A stretch of 64,000 nt of DNA from a virus: IMG/VR virus record IMGVR_UViG_3300029568_000024, positions 3,390-67,389 of that record; one strand, 5' to 3'. The notes beneath the pieces are model-generated. The model worked only from the letters and a program-made list of their open reading frames with translations. It made no database searches and was not told the origin of the DNA. A program made the translations under genes and the position numbers. Every line of letters begins with the position of its first letter. The first letter of the stretch is position 1. Shown one piece after another: positions 45,554 to 54,998 of this stretch.

Positions 45554-46035
45554 GCCCAGTAGAAAGAAAACAAAAAGTAGCAGCTCTACGAGAGGAGCAT
45601 GAAGATTACTTCCAGACTATTGGTAATATCAATGCACTATTCATTCCTAAAATGGCTTACAGGCCAGCAGGTATGGATGACTTACATATTAGTTTCTTTC
45701 CTAGTGAATTACAGAAAGGAAGTGATATCTATACTGAATTTGTTAGTATAGATTATGATTCAGAGGATCCAAAAAGAACATTATATTTGCTTAAGCACAA
45801 CCCTAATTGGAGCAAATATAAGATTGTCACATCCAGTTCCGGATTTGAAAGACATCTTGTTCCAGTAAAGGATCTAATAGCAATCAATGATGTTGTTACC
45901 AGGAATAAAGAGACTAATGCTTTTAATACACAGACAGCTTTAGATCTTCCAAGTCCTGATGAGAGATCTATTGTAGATGTCTTGATTGGTATTGAGAAAG
46001 CACTGTTGAGTATAAACGAAAAACTAAATAAGTAA
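45550..46035 (+). CDS. Conserved hypothetical protein
   Basis: 161 aa in the replication operon. Confidence 0.55.
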   Translation: MSPVERKQKVAALREEHEDYFQTIGNINALFIPKMAYRPAGMDDLHISFFPSELQKGSDIYTEFVSIDYDSEDPKRTLYLLKHNPNWSKYKIVTSSSGFERHLVPVKDLIAINDVVTRNKETNAFNTQTALDLPSPDERSIVDVLIGIEKALLSINEKLNK

Positions 46036-46718
46036 TGGCGCAAAGCACATTAATTATAGCCGAATCAGGCTCTGGTAAATCAACTTCTATTAGGAATCTT
46101 GATCCTAAGGAGACTTTTATTATCAACATTGCTAACAAACCGTTACCCTTTAAGGGATGGAAGAGTAAGTACACTCAGATATCCAAAGAGAATCCCAAGG
46201 GTAACATGACTTCAGCTTCTAGTTCCGCAGGAATTATTAAAGCAATGAATCATGTCAATGATAACATGCCGCACATCAAGAACTTAGTTATTGATGACTG
46301 GCAGTATATGAGTTCATTTGAATACTTTGATAGGGCAAATGAAAAAGGCTATGATAAATTCACTCAGATAGCTTCTAACCTAGCTCAGGTTGCTAAAATG
46401 CCAAAAGATCTGAGAGATGATTTGTATGTGTTTTTCTTAACTCATTCAGAAGATTCAACTGATGTCAATGGCCATCGTAAGGTAAAAGCAAAGACAATCG
46501 GTAAGATGATTGACAATGCTTTGACTTTAGAAGGTCTGTTTTCTATAGTCTTGTTTGGTAAAGTTATCAAGCAAGAGGATGGTACTCTAGAATATGTCTT
46601 TGAGACAGTAAACAATGGAGAGAATACCTGTAAATCACCAATGGGAATGTTTGAAGAAGACAAGATCCCAAATGATCTTCAGTATGTAAGAGATTGCATA
46701 ACGAAGTTTGATGAATAA
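46035..46718 (+). CDS. AAA-family ATPase (AAA_24/Sak4-like recombination protein)
   Basis: IAESGSGKST, LVIDD, FFLTH, CKSPMGMF. Confidence 0.8.
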   Translation: MAQSTLIIAESGSGKSTSIRNLDPKETFIINIANKPLPFKGWKSKYTQISKENPKGNMTSASSSAGIIKAMNHVNDNMPHIKNLVIDDWQYMSSFEYFDRANEKGYDKFTQIASNLAQVAKMPKDLRDDLYVFFLTHSEDSTDVNGHRKVKAKTIGKMIDNALTLEGLFSIVLFGKVIKQEDGTLEYVFETVNNGENTCKSPMGMFEEDKIPNDLQYVRDCITKFDE

Positions 46719-46733
46719 TTCAATTAATTAATT

Positions 46734-47405
46734 ATGTTTAGTACAAAAGACATGTCTGCTGGGTCAGGCAAAGTAAAACCTGTAATCTCTACAGGTAACC
46801 AGGTTATCAGAATCAACTCTATAACCTTTGATCAAACTCCTTATGATAAGGATGCCTACAACATCACATTGCATGTTGAGAGTGAGCCTGTAAAGGGTGA
46901 GTTCCAAGGATTTCTTAAGGATGTGAATGACCCTAATGGCCCACGTTATGAAGGTCAAGTTGGTAGAGTAAGATTCTCTCCTTATCCCTACAAAGATGCA
47001 ACTCTGCCATCAGGTAGAGAGGTTAAACGGGATACTGAGGTTCTTAGAGCTATGGTATATCTAGGTGAAGTTCTTGGAAAGAGAGATGAACTGGATATGG
47101 TTGAAGCAGATACCATTGAAGAGTTCATGAATTCTTGTAACTCTTTGTTTAGCAACAGTGAGTTTATCAATGCATGTATTGGTGCTCGTGAATGGGAAAA
47201 CAAAGAAGGTTACATCAACAATGATTTCTTCTTACCTAGAATGTCTAAAGATGGTATTCCATTGGAAGCTCTCAATGTAGAGAACTCTAGACTTCTCAAG
47301 TTTGATAAAGCTAACCATGTTAGAGAAGCTCAAAAGAAGCAGTCTCCTGCTGCAAGTAACTTTGAGCCAGCTACATCTAACACTGGTGATGACTTTGATC
47401 TCTAA
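46734..47405 (+). CDS. Putative single-stranded DNA-binding protein
   Basis: Follows the AAA ATPase; acidic DDFDL tail; terminator follows. Confidence 0.55.
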   Translation: MFSTKDMSAGSGKVKPVISTGNQVIRINSITFDQTPYDKDAYNITLHVESEPVKGEFQGFLKDVNDPNGPRYEGQVGRVRFSPYPYKDATLPSGREVKRDTEVLRAMVYLGEVLGKRDELDMVEADTIEEFMNSCNSLFSNSEFINACIGAREWENKEGYINNDFFLPRMSKDGIPLEALNVENSRLLKFDKANHVREAQKKQSPAASNFEPATSNTGDDFDL

Positions 47406-47411
47406 TATAAT

Positions 47412-47432
47412 GGGGGCTTCGGCCCCCTTTTT
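47412..47432 (+). terminator. Intrinsic terminator
   Basis: GGGGGC-TTCG-GCCCCC-TTTTT. Confidence 0.9.
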
Positions 47433-47435
47433 ATT

Positions 47436-48434
47436 ATGCTCAATACAAAGAATCTTATTATAACCATAGAGAATGTTCCGAGCTATTGGGTATTCCAGTA
47501 TTATCTAAACCTAGATGAGGAATTAACTGGCCAGGATGTAAAGATTAAATCAATCTTCAATCCGTCAGAAAGAACACCAAGTATGTGTTTGTATGTAGAC
47601 AATGCTCTTAATCCAGATGGATCCAAGAGTAATCAGTATGTCTACAAAGATTTCTCTACAGGTAAGTTCGGCAACAAGATAAACTTAGTAATGCATCTAT
47701 TGAATATCAGCTTCCCAAATGCAGTTGATAAGATTATAGATGATTACAATAAAAGTGATGCAAAAGGGTCCAATAATAAAACATTTAAAGTTCAGAATAG
47801 ATGGAAGGTTGATTTTGTAAAGGAGAGATCCTGGAATCAGCAAGACGCTAGGTTCTGGCTACAGTTTAATATTGGTGCTACATTACTTGATAAGTATAAT
47901 GTTAGACCTCTCGAGTATTATAATCTAGTACTTGAGAATGATAGTAGTGTTGAGACTCAGAAGATTACTAATAACAACATCTACGGTTACTTCACTAAAG
48001 ATGGTGATGTATTCAAGATCTATAGACCCTTTAGTAGAAAACATAAGTTCTTTAAAGTAAGGTCTTATCTCCAAGGTTTAGATCAGCTTGAGTATAAAAA
48101 TCCTTATCTAGTAATATGTTCATCTTTAAAAGATGCAATGTGTTTAAAGAGTATGGGTTATAATGTAGATGTTATTAGTCCAGATAGTGAGAACACTGTA
48201 ATCAAGCCTTACATTATTGAGAATTTAAAACTGAAGTATCAAAAGGTTATCACTCTATTTGATAATGATACAGCAGGTGCTACAGCAATAGAAAAGTATC
48301 ACCAGCTTTATGGTATCAATGGCTTTGCTCTACCCTTATCTAAAGATATTTCAGATGCTATGAAAGAACATGGTTTTGATAAAGTTCATAGTGAACTAAA
48401 GCCTTTGTTAAAGAAAGCGATATATGGAAAATAA
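47436..48434 (+). CDS. DNA primase (TOPRIM)
   Basis: SERTPS..YKDFSTG; ICSSLKDAM; TLFDNDTAG; KDISD. Confidence 0.8.
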   Translation: MLNTKNLIITIENVPSYWVFQYYLNLDEELTGQDVKIKSIFNPSERTPSMCLYVDNALNPDGSKSNQYVYKDFSTGKFGNKINLVMHLLNISFPNAVDKIIDDYNKSDAKGSNNKTFKVQNRWKVDFVKERSWNQQDARFWLQFNIGATLLDKYNVRPLEYYNLVLENDSSVETQKITNNNIYGYFTKDGDVFKIYRPFSRKHKFFKVRSYLQGLDQLEYKNPYLVICSSLKDAMCLKSMGYNVDVISPDSENTVIKPYIIENLKLKYQKVITLFDNDTAGATAIEKYHQLYGINGFALPLSKDISDAMKEHGFDKVHSELKPLLKKAIYGK

Positions 48435-48816
48435 GAAATGGTTCATTCCCTTTAACGTACCAAGTAGTAAGAATGGTAGAAGATGGACAGGTAAGTATTT
48501 TATTTCTAGTAAGACAGTAATGAATTACAGAAAGAATACAAAACCTTTCTTTGAACAACATGCTTCTGCATTCCGAGAAGAGTATGATAAGTATGAAAAA
48601 CCAGTTAAGATAGGCTTCACCTTTATAAGAGGCAGTAGGCACAAGTTTGATTATATCAACCCTGCACAAACCGTACAAGATGATATGGTAAAGCATGGAT
48701 GGATAGAAGATGACAATGCAGACTGCATTATACCAGTATTTGAAAGGTATACTTATAATAAAGAAGAGCCTGGAGTATTCATAGAAATTCTAGAGAATGA
48801 CAACAACCGAGTTTGA
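48424..48816 (+). CDS. RusA-like Holliday junction resolvase
   Basis: VPSSKN, DYINPAQTVQDDM, IEDDN. Confidence 0.7.
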   Translation: MENKKWFIPFNVPSSKNGRRWTGKYFISSKTVMNYRKNTKPFFEQHASAFREEYDKYEKPVKIGFTFIRGSRHKFDYINPAQTVQDDMVKHGWIEDDNADCIIPVFERYTYNKEEPGVFIEILENDNNRV

Positions 48817-49156
48817 TAATCTTATCAATATGCTAAAATCATCTGATGATGATTCTAGTATTGCAAAAGAGAATATCAAGAATCTTAATTTAGATCTCAT
48901 AACTAATCTTTTAATTGCTAAAAGTTTAGCTCTAACTACCCGGTATGAGTTTTTTAATTATCTAGAGGAAGAGATGGAGATGAATATACGTCATAAGAGT
49001 CTACATTTCCGGGATCTACACACCATGATTAAAAAGAACAATACTAAAGAAGAGCATAAAATTTTATTTAAACATATTGTAGAGCGCCAAGTACTTAGAT
49101 ACTATGCAGATCTCTACAATTTCTGTGATAAAATTGATATTAGCATAAAATGGTGA
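48797..49156 (+). CDS. Hypothetical protein with the L..M.KS.D motif shared with 51575 and 52612 ORFs
   Basis: FDNLINMLKSSDDDSSIAKE. Confidence 0.55.
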   Translation: MTTTEFDNLINMLKSSDDDSSIAKENIKNLNLDLITNLLIAKSLALTTRYEFFNYLEEEMEMNIRHKSLHFRDLHTMIKKNNTKEEHKILFKHIVERQVLRYYADLYNFCDKIDISIKW

Positions 49157-50310
49157 ACATAGCTGAACAGCTTGCAAGGACAAGCAAAAGTTTAATTTTT
49201 ACTGAGCCCTTTTATGGGCTCTTTTTAGTTGGTCTCCAAAAAACTTTTAGTGATAAGATACCTACAGCAGGTGTATCTAAAAGTGGTATTGGTGTCAAGC
49301 TAACTATCAACAGTGAATTCTTTGGCAATCTATCCGAAAATCATAGAAGAGGTTTGCTAAAACATGAGCTGTTGCATATATCTTTTGGTCACTTAATCAC
49401 GCGTGATAAGTATCCAGATAAGAAGCTATTCAATATTGCTGCAGACCTAGAAATCAATCAATACATTGATGCTGGTGATCTGCCTGAAGGTGGTATAACA
49501 ATGAATAGTTTTCCAGAGCTTAAGCTTGATGCTAGAGCTGGTACAGATTACTATTATGAACAGCTTCAACAAGCTCAGAAAGATGGTAAGTCTCCAAGTT
49601 TAGATAATCTTCTAAATCAGATGGATGGTAGTAGTCAATATGACCATAGCACATGGGATGATTTTGATAATTTACCAGAAGCTGATAAGAAGCTTATAGA
49701 AAAGCAAGTAGAGCATCAGTTAAAAGAAATAGCTGAGCAAACAGAAAAGCGTTCAGGTAATATACCTGGAGAGCTTTCTGGCTTGATTGAAAGACTCCGC
49801 CATGTTGAACCACCTAAGTTTGACTGGCGAGGATATCTCAAGAGATTTGTTGGTAATTCTACAGTGAGCTACACAAAAAAGCTCAGAAGAAAATACAACA
49901 AGCGTTACACTGAGAATCCAGGTCTGAAGATTAAGTTCAAGAATCACATACTTGTTGGTGTAGACACATCAGGATCTGTTAATAATGATGAGCTTAAAGA
50001 GTTCATGAGTGAGCTTACTCATATGAATAAGACAGGTCATAAGATTACAGTTGCACAATGTGATACTCAGATTAACTCTATAGAAGAATTCAATCCTAAA
50101 AAGGATTGGGAGATAAAAGGTAGGGGTGGTACTTTCTTCCAACCCGTAATAGATCACTTTAATGATCATGGCAGATACACTGCGCTTATATATCTAACAG
50201 ATGGTGAAGCATCATCACCAGAGAACTGTCCTAAGAATACCCTATGGGTTCTTAGTAGTATCTCTGAAATGAATGATGAACTACCAGGAAGAGTAATTAA
50301 ACTTAATTAA
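49150..50310 (+). CDS. Metallopeptidase-like plus VWA domain protein (DUF2201-like)
   Basis: HELLH; NIAADLEINQ; VDTSGS MIDAS; GRGGT; YLTDG. Confidence 0.85.
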   Translation: MVNIAEQLARTSKSLIFTEPFYGLFLVGLQKTFSDKIPTAGVSKSGIGVKLTINSEFFGNLSENHRRGLLKHELLHISFGHLITRDKYPDKKLFNIAADLEINQYIDAGDLPEGGITMNSFPELKLDARAGTDYYYEQLQQAQKDGKSPSLDNLLNQMDGSSQYDHSTWDDFDNLPEADKKLIEKQVEHQLKEIAEQTEKRSGNIPGELSGLIERLRHVEPPKFDWRGYLKRFVGNSTVSYTKKLRRKYNKRYTENPGLKIKFKNHILVGVDTSGSVNNDELKEFMSELTHMNKTGHKITVAQCDTQINSIEEFNPKKDWEIKGRGGTFFQPVIDHFNDHGRYTALIYLTDGEASSPENCPKNTLWVLSSISEMNDELPGRVIKLN

Positions 50311-50316
50311 AAAAGA

Positions 50317-51573
50317 ATGGCACAAGTTAACTTGAACATTGATGAGGTAAAGGGTTTTGTAAACCATGTCATTAACAACAACCGCTATCTACAAGAGCAG
50401 GGTAAGCTCCCTGTATCTATAGAGATTGTAGGTGAATCCGGTATCGGTAAAACTTCAACTGTTGTAGAGCTTGCAAAGGAGAACAATCTCAACTTTGTAA
50501 AGCTGAATCTTGCACAGATCGAAGAACTAGGTGACCTCGTTGGGTTTCCTGTACGTCAGTTTCAGATGTACAAGGAGGTCAAGGTAGCACCTAAGACTAA
50601 AGACATCAACTTTACTTCTGCTGATGCTGAAGCAATGGTTTCTTCTAAGATGGCTACTACCAAGAAGGTAGGCCAGTGGGTTGATGAGCTTGCTGTTGCC
50701 GAATATCTGAAGAACGGATACAAGATGACAGGCAAGAACAGGATGTCCTACTGTGCGCCAGAATGGATTGCAGATAAGAAGGATGGTGGTATCCTACTTC
50801 TTGATGACTGGAATCGTGCGGATGTAAGATTCATCCAGGCTGTTATGGAATTGATTGACCGGCAGACATACATCTCATGGTCATTGCCAAAGGACTGGCA
50901 CATCATTCTAACCAGTAATCCAGACAACGGAGACTACATGGTTAACAGCATTGACAGTGCACAGAAGACGCGTTACATCACAGCTAATCTAAAGTTTGAT
51001 GTCAACGTGTGGGCTCGTTGGGCAGAAGAAGCTGGCATTGATACTCGTTGTATCAACTTCCTGCTCCTGCACCCAGAGCTTGTAACACAAGAGACAAATG
51101 CAAGATCTATCACTACATTCTTCAATGCTATCTCCAGCTTTGATTCATTTGAGGATAACCTCACTATGATTCAAATGATTGGTGAAGGCTCTGTTGGTGA
51201 TGCATTTGCTTCTATGTTCACAACCTTTATTAATAATAAGCTTGACAAGCTTGTCACTCCCACGGATCTGATGACTCATGATAATGAATCATATATCCTT
51301 GGTGAGCTTAGAGGTTGTATTGGTAAGGATGATACCTATCGTGCAGACATTGCATCTACACTAGCAACACGCCTGGCCAACTTTGCTGTTGTCTATTCTA
51401 AGGACAACACTATTACACCGAAGATTACAAATCGTTTGATTTCACTGTGTACAAAAGATTACTTCACAAATGACTTGAAGTATCTGATTGTACGCACAAT
51501 CTTCAATGGTAACAAGCAGAAGTTTAACAAGATGATGATGAATCCAGACATTATCAAAATGACCATGAAGTAA
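50317..51573 (+). CDS. MoxR-like AAA+ ATPase
   Basis: GESGIGKT, LLLDDWNRA, ILTSNP. Confidence 0.85.
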   Translation: MAQVNLNIDEVKGFVNHVINNNRYLQEQGKLPVSIEIVGESGIGKTSTVVELAKENNLNFVKLNLAQIEELGDLVGFPVRQFQMYKEVKVAPKTKDINFTSADAEAMVSSKMATTKKVGQWVDELAVAEYLKNGYKMTGKNRMSYCAPEWIADKKDGGILLLDDWNRADVRFIQAVMELIDRQTYISWSLPKDWHIILTSNPDNGDYMVNSIDSAQKTRYITANLKFDVNVWARWAEEAGIDTRCINFLLLHPELVTQETNARSITTFFNAISSFDSFEDNLTMIQMIGEGSVGDAFASMFTTFINNKLDKLVTPTDLMTHDNESYILGELRGCIGKDDTYRADIASTLATRLANFAVVYSKDNTITPKITNRLISLCTKDYFTNDLKYLIVRTIFNGNKQKFNKMMMNPDIIKMTMK

Positions 51574-51574
51574 A

Positions 51575-52615
51575 ATGGCAAGTAAATCTGTTTATCAGGA
51601 CTTTGATCCTGCAGGATTGAAGCACTTTGGATTGTCAACTGCCCCTGTATATGGGGTAGTTGATAACCAAAGAACTCAAGTACATGAGGTGATTGTATCC
51701 AATGATGAGGATACTTATAATAAAATAATAAAAACTCTTAGTAAGCCTAATAACACGGTATCTAATATTAAGAGTCTACCTAAGAAGCAGAAAGCTTTTA
51801 TGCTTCCTTTGTCTCCGGTATCATTGAGTCGTGCTAAAGCAGCATGTAAAGCTGCAAATATGACTCTCACTAATGATTATGAAGAAGCTGATGTCATCAT
51901 TACTCATGATAAGTTTTATGATAAAAATCTGCACGGTTCAAAAATAGCTAATACACTTCTGATGTCTAAGCTATGGAACTATGAGACCATAACTAGCTCA
52001 ACTGATCGGGTACCTATAGTTGAATCGTACTATGCAGATACAGGAAAATCGGTGATATGTGATATGCATGACATACAGGCGTGGAGAGTAAATCAAGGAC
52101 CTTCTATATATGAAGGTTACTTGCTTACTGGCATGGCTGTAAACATAGCCTTTCGTATTGCTACAATGAATGTAAGTTGTATCAAGGGTGATGACTTAGT
52201 TCGTGAGGCTATATTGACTCAACCTATTACGGAAGAACTTATCCAAGATCTAACAAATCAGATTACAAGCGGTGATCTGGATACTGTTAACCTTGCTGGT
52301 ATGATCTTACCTACTGTTGACTATACTTCAAATCTCCATCTACTATGGAAGTTTGCTCAAGATGTTGGAGATAAGACGTATTTGTACAATAGAAGTAAGG
52401 ATGTTAAAGCTTGGATCAACGCTTCAAAGTTTAATACATTCCGTCATTACTCAGCTGAGAGAATGATTCAGTATCTAGAAGAAGAAGGTAAGTTAGACAG
52501 TACATCCTTCAGATATCTGGAGCCTATAGTAAGAAAAGATATAAAGATCTACAACCGAGACCTTTATATATTCAAAGTAGAAGTTAAACCAAGATATAAA
52601 CAGTATCTCAAATGA
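51575..52615 (+). CDS. Hypothetical protein (BRCT-like N-terminal motif)
   Basis: LTNDYEEADVII; paralogous motifs with 52612..53790. Confidence 0.5.
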   Translation: MASKSVYQDFDPAGLKHFGLSTAPVYGVVDNQRTQVHEVIVSNDEDTYNKIIKTLSKPNNTVSNIKSLPKKQKAFMLPLSPVSLSRAKAACKAANMTLTNDYEEADVIITHDKFYDKNLHGSKIANTLLMSKLWNYETITSSTDRVPIVESYYADTGKSVICDMHDIQAWRVNQGPSIYEGYLLTGMAVNIAFRIATMNVSCIKGDDLVREAILTQPITEELIQDLTNQITSGDLDTVNLAGMILPTVDYTSNLHLLWKFAQDVGDKTYLYNRSKDVKAWINASKFNTFRHYSAERMIQYLEEEGKLDSTSFRYLEPIVRKDIKIYNRDLYIFKVEVKPRYKQYLK

Positions 52616-53790
52616 ATAAAGATATATATGAACTGAGGACTACATTTAAATATGGTCCTAAGTCAATAATTGAAGATTACACTCTTCGGAGAATAGGTAG
52701 AGTGCTTGATATAAATGGAAGAGGCTTTGATGATTTCTTTAATAGTCTGATTATTACAAAGCCAACAATAACTCAGCTTAAGGATAAAAAGATATACCGA
52801 TATCCTAAAATAAATCTACCTAGAAATAAAGTAGATATCTTAAAGACAGCTACAAATCTTGAGGTTACAAGAGATTCTGCTAAGGCTGACTTTCATGTTA
52901 TATCAACAAAGATTCTTCAGAGTTATATTGAGGATAGTTGGATGCCTATGCAGGTGTCAGTTAAATCTTTTCTAGAGCAGTTAAAATGCAAGTCTTTATC
53001 AGATAAAGATTTATCAGTTATGACTGTTGATATATATAATAAGATAATTAGTGATCTTAGTGCTTTAGATCCAAGCAGCATCTTGAGAATTAAGATGCCT
53101 ATGGGTTGGCATTTTAGACGTAATCACCAAGATGCGGCAGACTTTTGTGATTGGCTTGATACCGTTACAAGTGGTAACTTTATAAATTACATCAAAGAAG
53201 AAAATGAAAATAGATTTGATTCTATAGTCACAAGTAAGATTAATATCCAAGACACACATCTTGTTAGGCTGTCCAATGAAAAGTTAACCATTATTGATGA
53301 AACTCAATTTGATAGCTTAGAGAGCATGATCAAAAGTCATGATTCAGATAATGTAACTATGGCTCTTGAGATCATGGCAAATTGTAATGCAGAAGAGTCT
53401 CTAGACTATGTCGGTTATCTTTTCTACTTCTATTATAATCATTTAAAAGATGCAAGTAACTGGAATAGTTCTAATGTTAAAGCATTCAGAAAAAATCTAG
53501 ACTCTTTTAAACCTTTCTATAACAGAGGATCTCAGGCTCGTTACTTTGATCAGTATCTTAAGGTATTGACTAGGTATAATTATCTTACAGAGTGGGCTTT
53601 TAAAAAGTCAGCTAAGTCATTGCTTGAAGATAACTTAAAAAGTTTTGGCATCAATGAAGGTTTCTTCACTATTGATCTTGAAGATATTAAGATCAGCAGT
53701 AAGTATAAGGATAAACTTATAAAGCGGGAATCAGGTGAGGATATCATAAAAGAGTTAACTTCGGATCCTCTAGATAATTTACCTTTTTAG
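52612..53790 (+). CDS. Hypothetical protein (BRCT-like N-terminal motif)
   Basis: VTRDSAKADFHVI; SHDSDNVTMALEIMAN. Confidence 0.5.
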   Translation: MNKDIYELRTTFKYGPKSIIEDYTLRRIGRVLDINGRGFDDFFNSLIITKPTITQLKDKKIYRYPKINLPRNKVDILKTATNLEVTRDSAKADFHVISTKILQSYIEDSWMPMQVSVKSFLEQLKCKSLSDKDLSVMTVDIYNKIISDLSALDPSSILRIKMPMGWHFRRNHQDAADFCDWLDTVTSGNFINYIKEENENRFDSIVTSKINIQDTHLVRLSNEKLTIIDETQFDSLESMIKSHDSDNVTMALEIMANCNAEESLDYVGYLFYFYYNHLKDASNWNSSNVKAFRKNLDSFKPFYNRGSQARYFDQYLKVLTRYNYLTEWAFKKSAKSLLEDNLKSFGINEGFFTIDLEDIKISSKYKDKLIKRESGEDIIKELTSDPLDNLPF

Positions 53791-53791
53791 T

Positions 53792-53980
53792 ATGGCTTTT
53801 ATTATTCTTAAGTCTAATCCAATGGTAGAACATACAGTCATTGTTAATGACTCAGAAGGAATACCAATGGAATGGGATTCACGACAAGAGGCTGAAGCTG
53901 TAGCTAATTTATTTCAGGCAAACTCTAATCATAACTGTACCTATAAAGTAGTAGGTATAGCAGAGCCCTTGAATGATTAA
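53792..53980 (+). CDS. Hypothetical protein
   Basis: 62 aa, coupled. Confidence 0.55.
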   Translation: MAFIILKSNPMVEHTVIVNDSEGIPMEWDSRQEAEAVANLFQANSNHNCTYKVVGIAEPLND

Positions 53981-54806
53981 GCTCCAGAAGACAAAGACTC
54001 TTGTAACTAAGGACAATAATAATAGTGCTAACTGCATTGCTCCCAATCTCATCTACGGATGTTTTGGGGGTTGCGTTAGCACTTATTGTTATATGTCTAG
54101 ATATAATGAGGATCGTGTGTATGTCAATACCAACGTTGATGACATATTCAACTCTGTTGTAGAATGGGAAAAAAAGTATACTAAAGTACCTGATCAACAA
54201 GACCCACGATGGACTATGGTAGACATAGCTTGTAACACTGACCTAGTGTTGATGCAGAAGCATCTACCAGAGCATCTAATGGATTATCTCAAGCGTTATG
54301 ATGATCATCCTAGATTGAACTCAACAATGGCTACAAAGTATCCTGGTCTACTTAAGATTCAAGTAAATCATTTTAACAAGAAGCCTCGAGTAAGAGTTAG
54401 TTTGATGCCGCAGGTATACTCTGATATACTAGAACCTAAGATGCAGAAGATTGATTCTCGTATTAAAGACATCAATCGGCTCAAGCAGTTAGGTTGGGAA
54501 GTGCATTGTAACTACAGTCCTGTTGTTTTCTACCCAGGATGGGAGAAACATTATGATGATCTATTTGCACAAGTAAAAGAACACGCCGGGGTTAATAAGT
54601 GTGAAGTAATAGCACTTACTAATCATGCCAATCAGATGGCTCGTTCTTCTGCAGAAGCTCAGGAGTTAATGAAGTATAGTGATGAGATTAAGAATAAGCA
54701 GGGTATCATGAGATACCCGTTAAGTTACAAGTACAAGCTACTGGATAAGTTTAAAAAGATCTACAGTCAGTACTTTCCCTTAGACACTATACGGTATATA
54801 TTCTAG
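53973..54806 (+). CDS. splB: Spore photoproduct lyase-like radical SAM protein
   Basis: GCFGGCVSTYCYM cluster motif, DIACNTD, ATKY, RVRVSLMP, GWEVHCNYSPVV, MRY. Confidence 0.75.
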   Translation: MIKLQKTKTLVTKDNNNSANCIAPNLIYGCFGGCVSTYCYMSRYNEDRVYVNTNVDDIFNSVVEWEKKYTKVPDQQDPRWTMVDIACNTDLVLMQKHLPEHLMDYLKRYDDHPRLNSTMATKYPGLLKIQVNHFNKKPRVRVSLMPQVYSDILEPKMQKIDSRIKDINRLKQLGWEVHCNYSPVVFYPGWEKHYDDLFAQVKEHAGVNKCEVIALTNHANQMARSSAEAQELMKYSDEIKNKQGIMRYPLSYKYKLLDKFKKIYSQYFPLDTIRYIF

Positions 54807-54937
54807 TCCTGAATATACATATGATTATGAATTGCTAAGATGTTACATGCAGGTACTTCACATACAGTCTGATCAGCAACATAATCATTAGAGGCACAAC
54901 CTGTTAGGAAAAATGAGATAAAAATTAACTTCTTCAT
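54803..54937 (-). CDS. 44-aa lipoprotein (not in track)
   Basis: MKKLIFISFFLTGC-ASNDYVADQTVCEVPACNILAIHNHMYIQD; lipobox LTGC. Confidence 0.7.
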   Translation of the reverse strand: MKKLIFISFFLTGCASNDYVADQTVCEVPACNILAIHNHMYIQD

Positions 54938-54960
54938 AAGATATTAAATTTATTTTAGTC

Positions 54961-54982
54961 TAATGTAAAGTTAATGTAAAGT
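54961..54982. repeat. Tandem 11-bp direct repeat TAATGTAAAGT x2
   Basis: Between divergent lipoprotein and nuclease genes. Confidence 0.7.
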
Positions 54983-54998
54983 TTTAATAAATCCAAAC

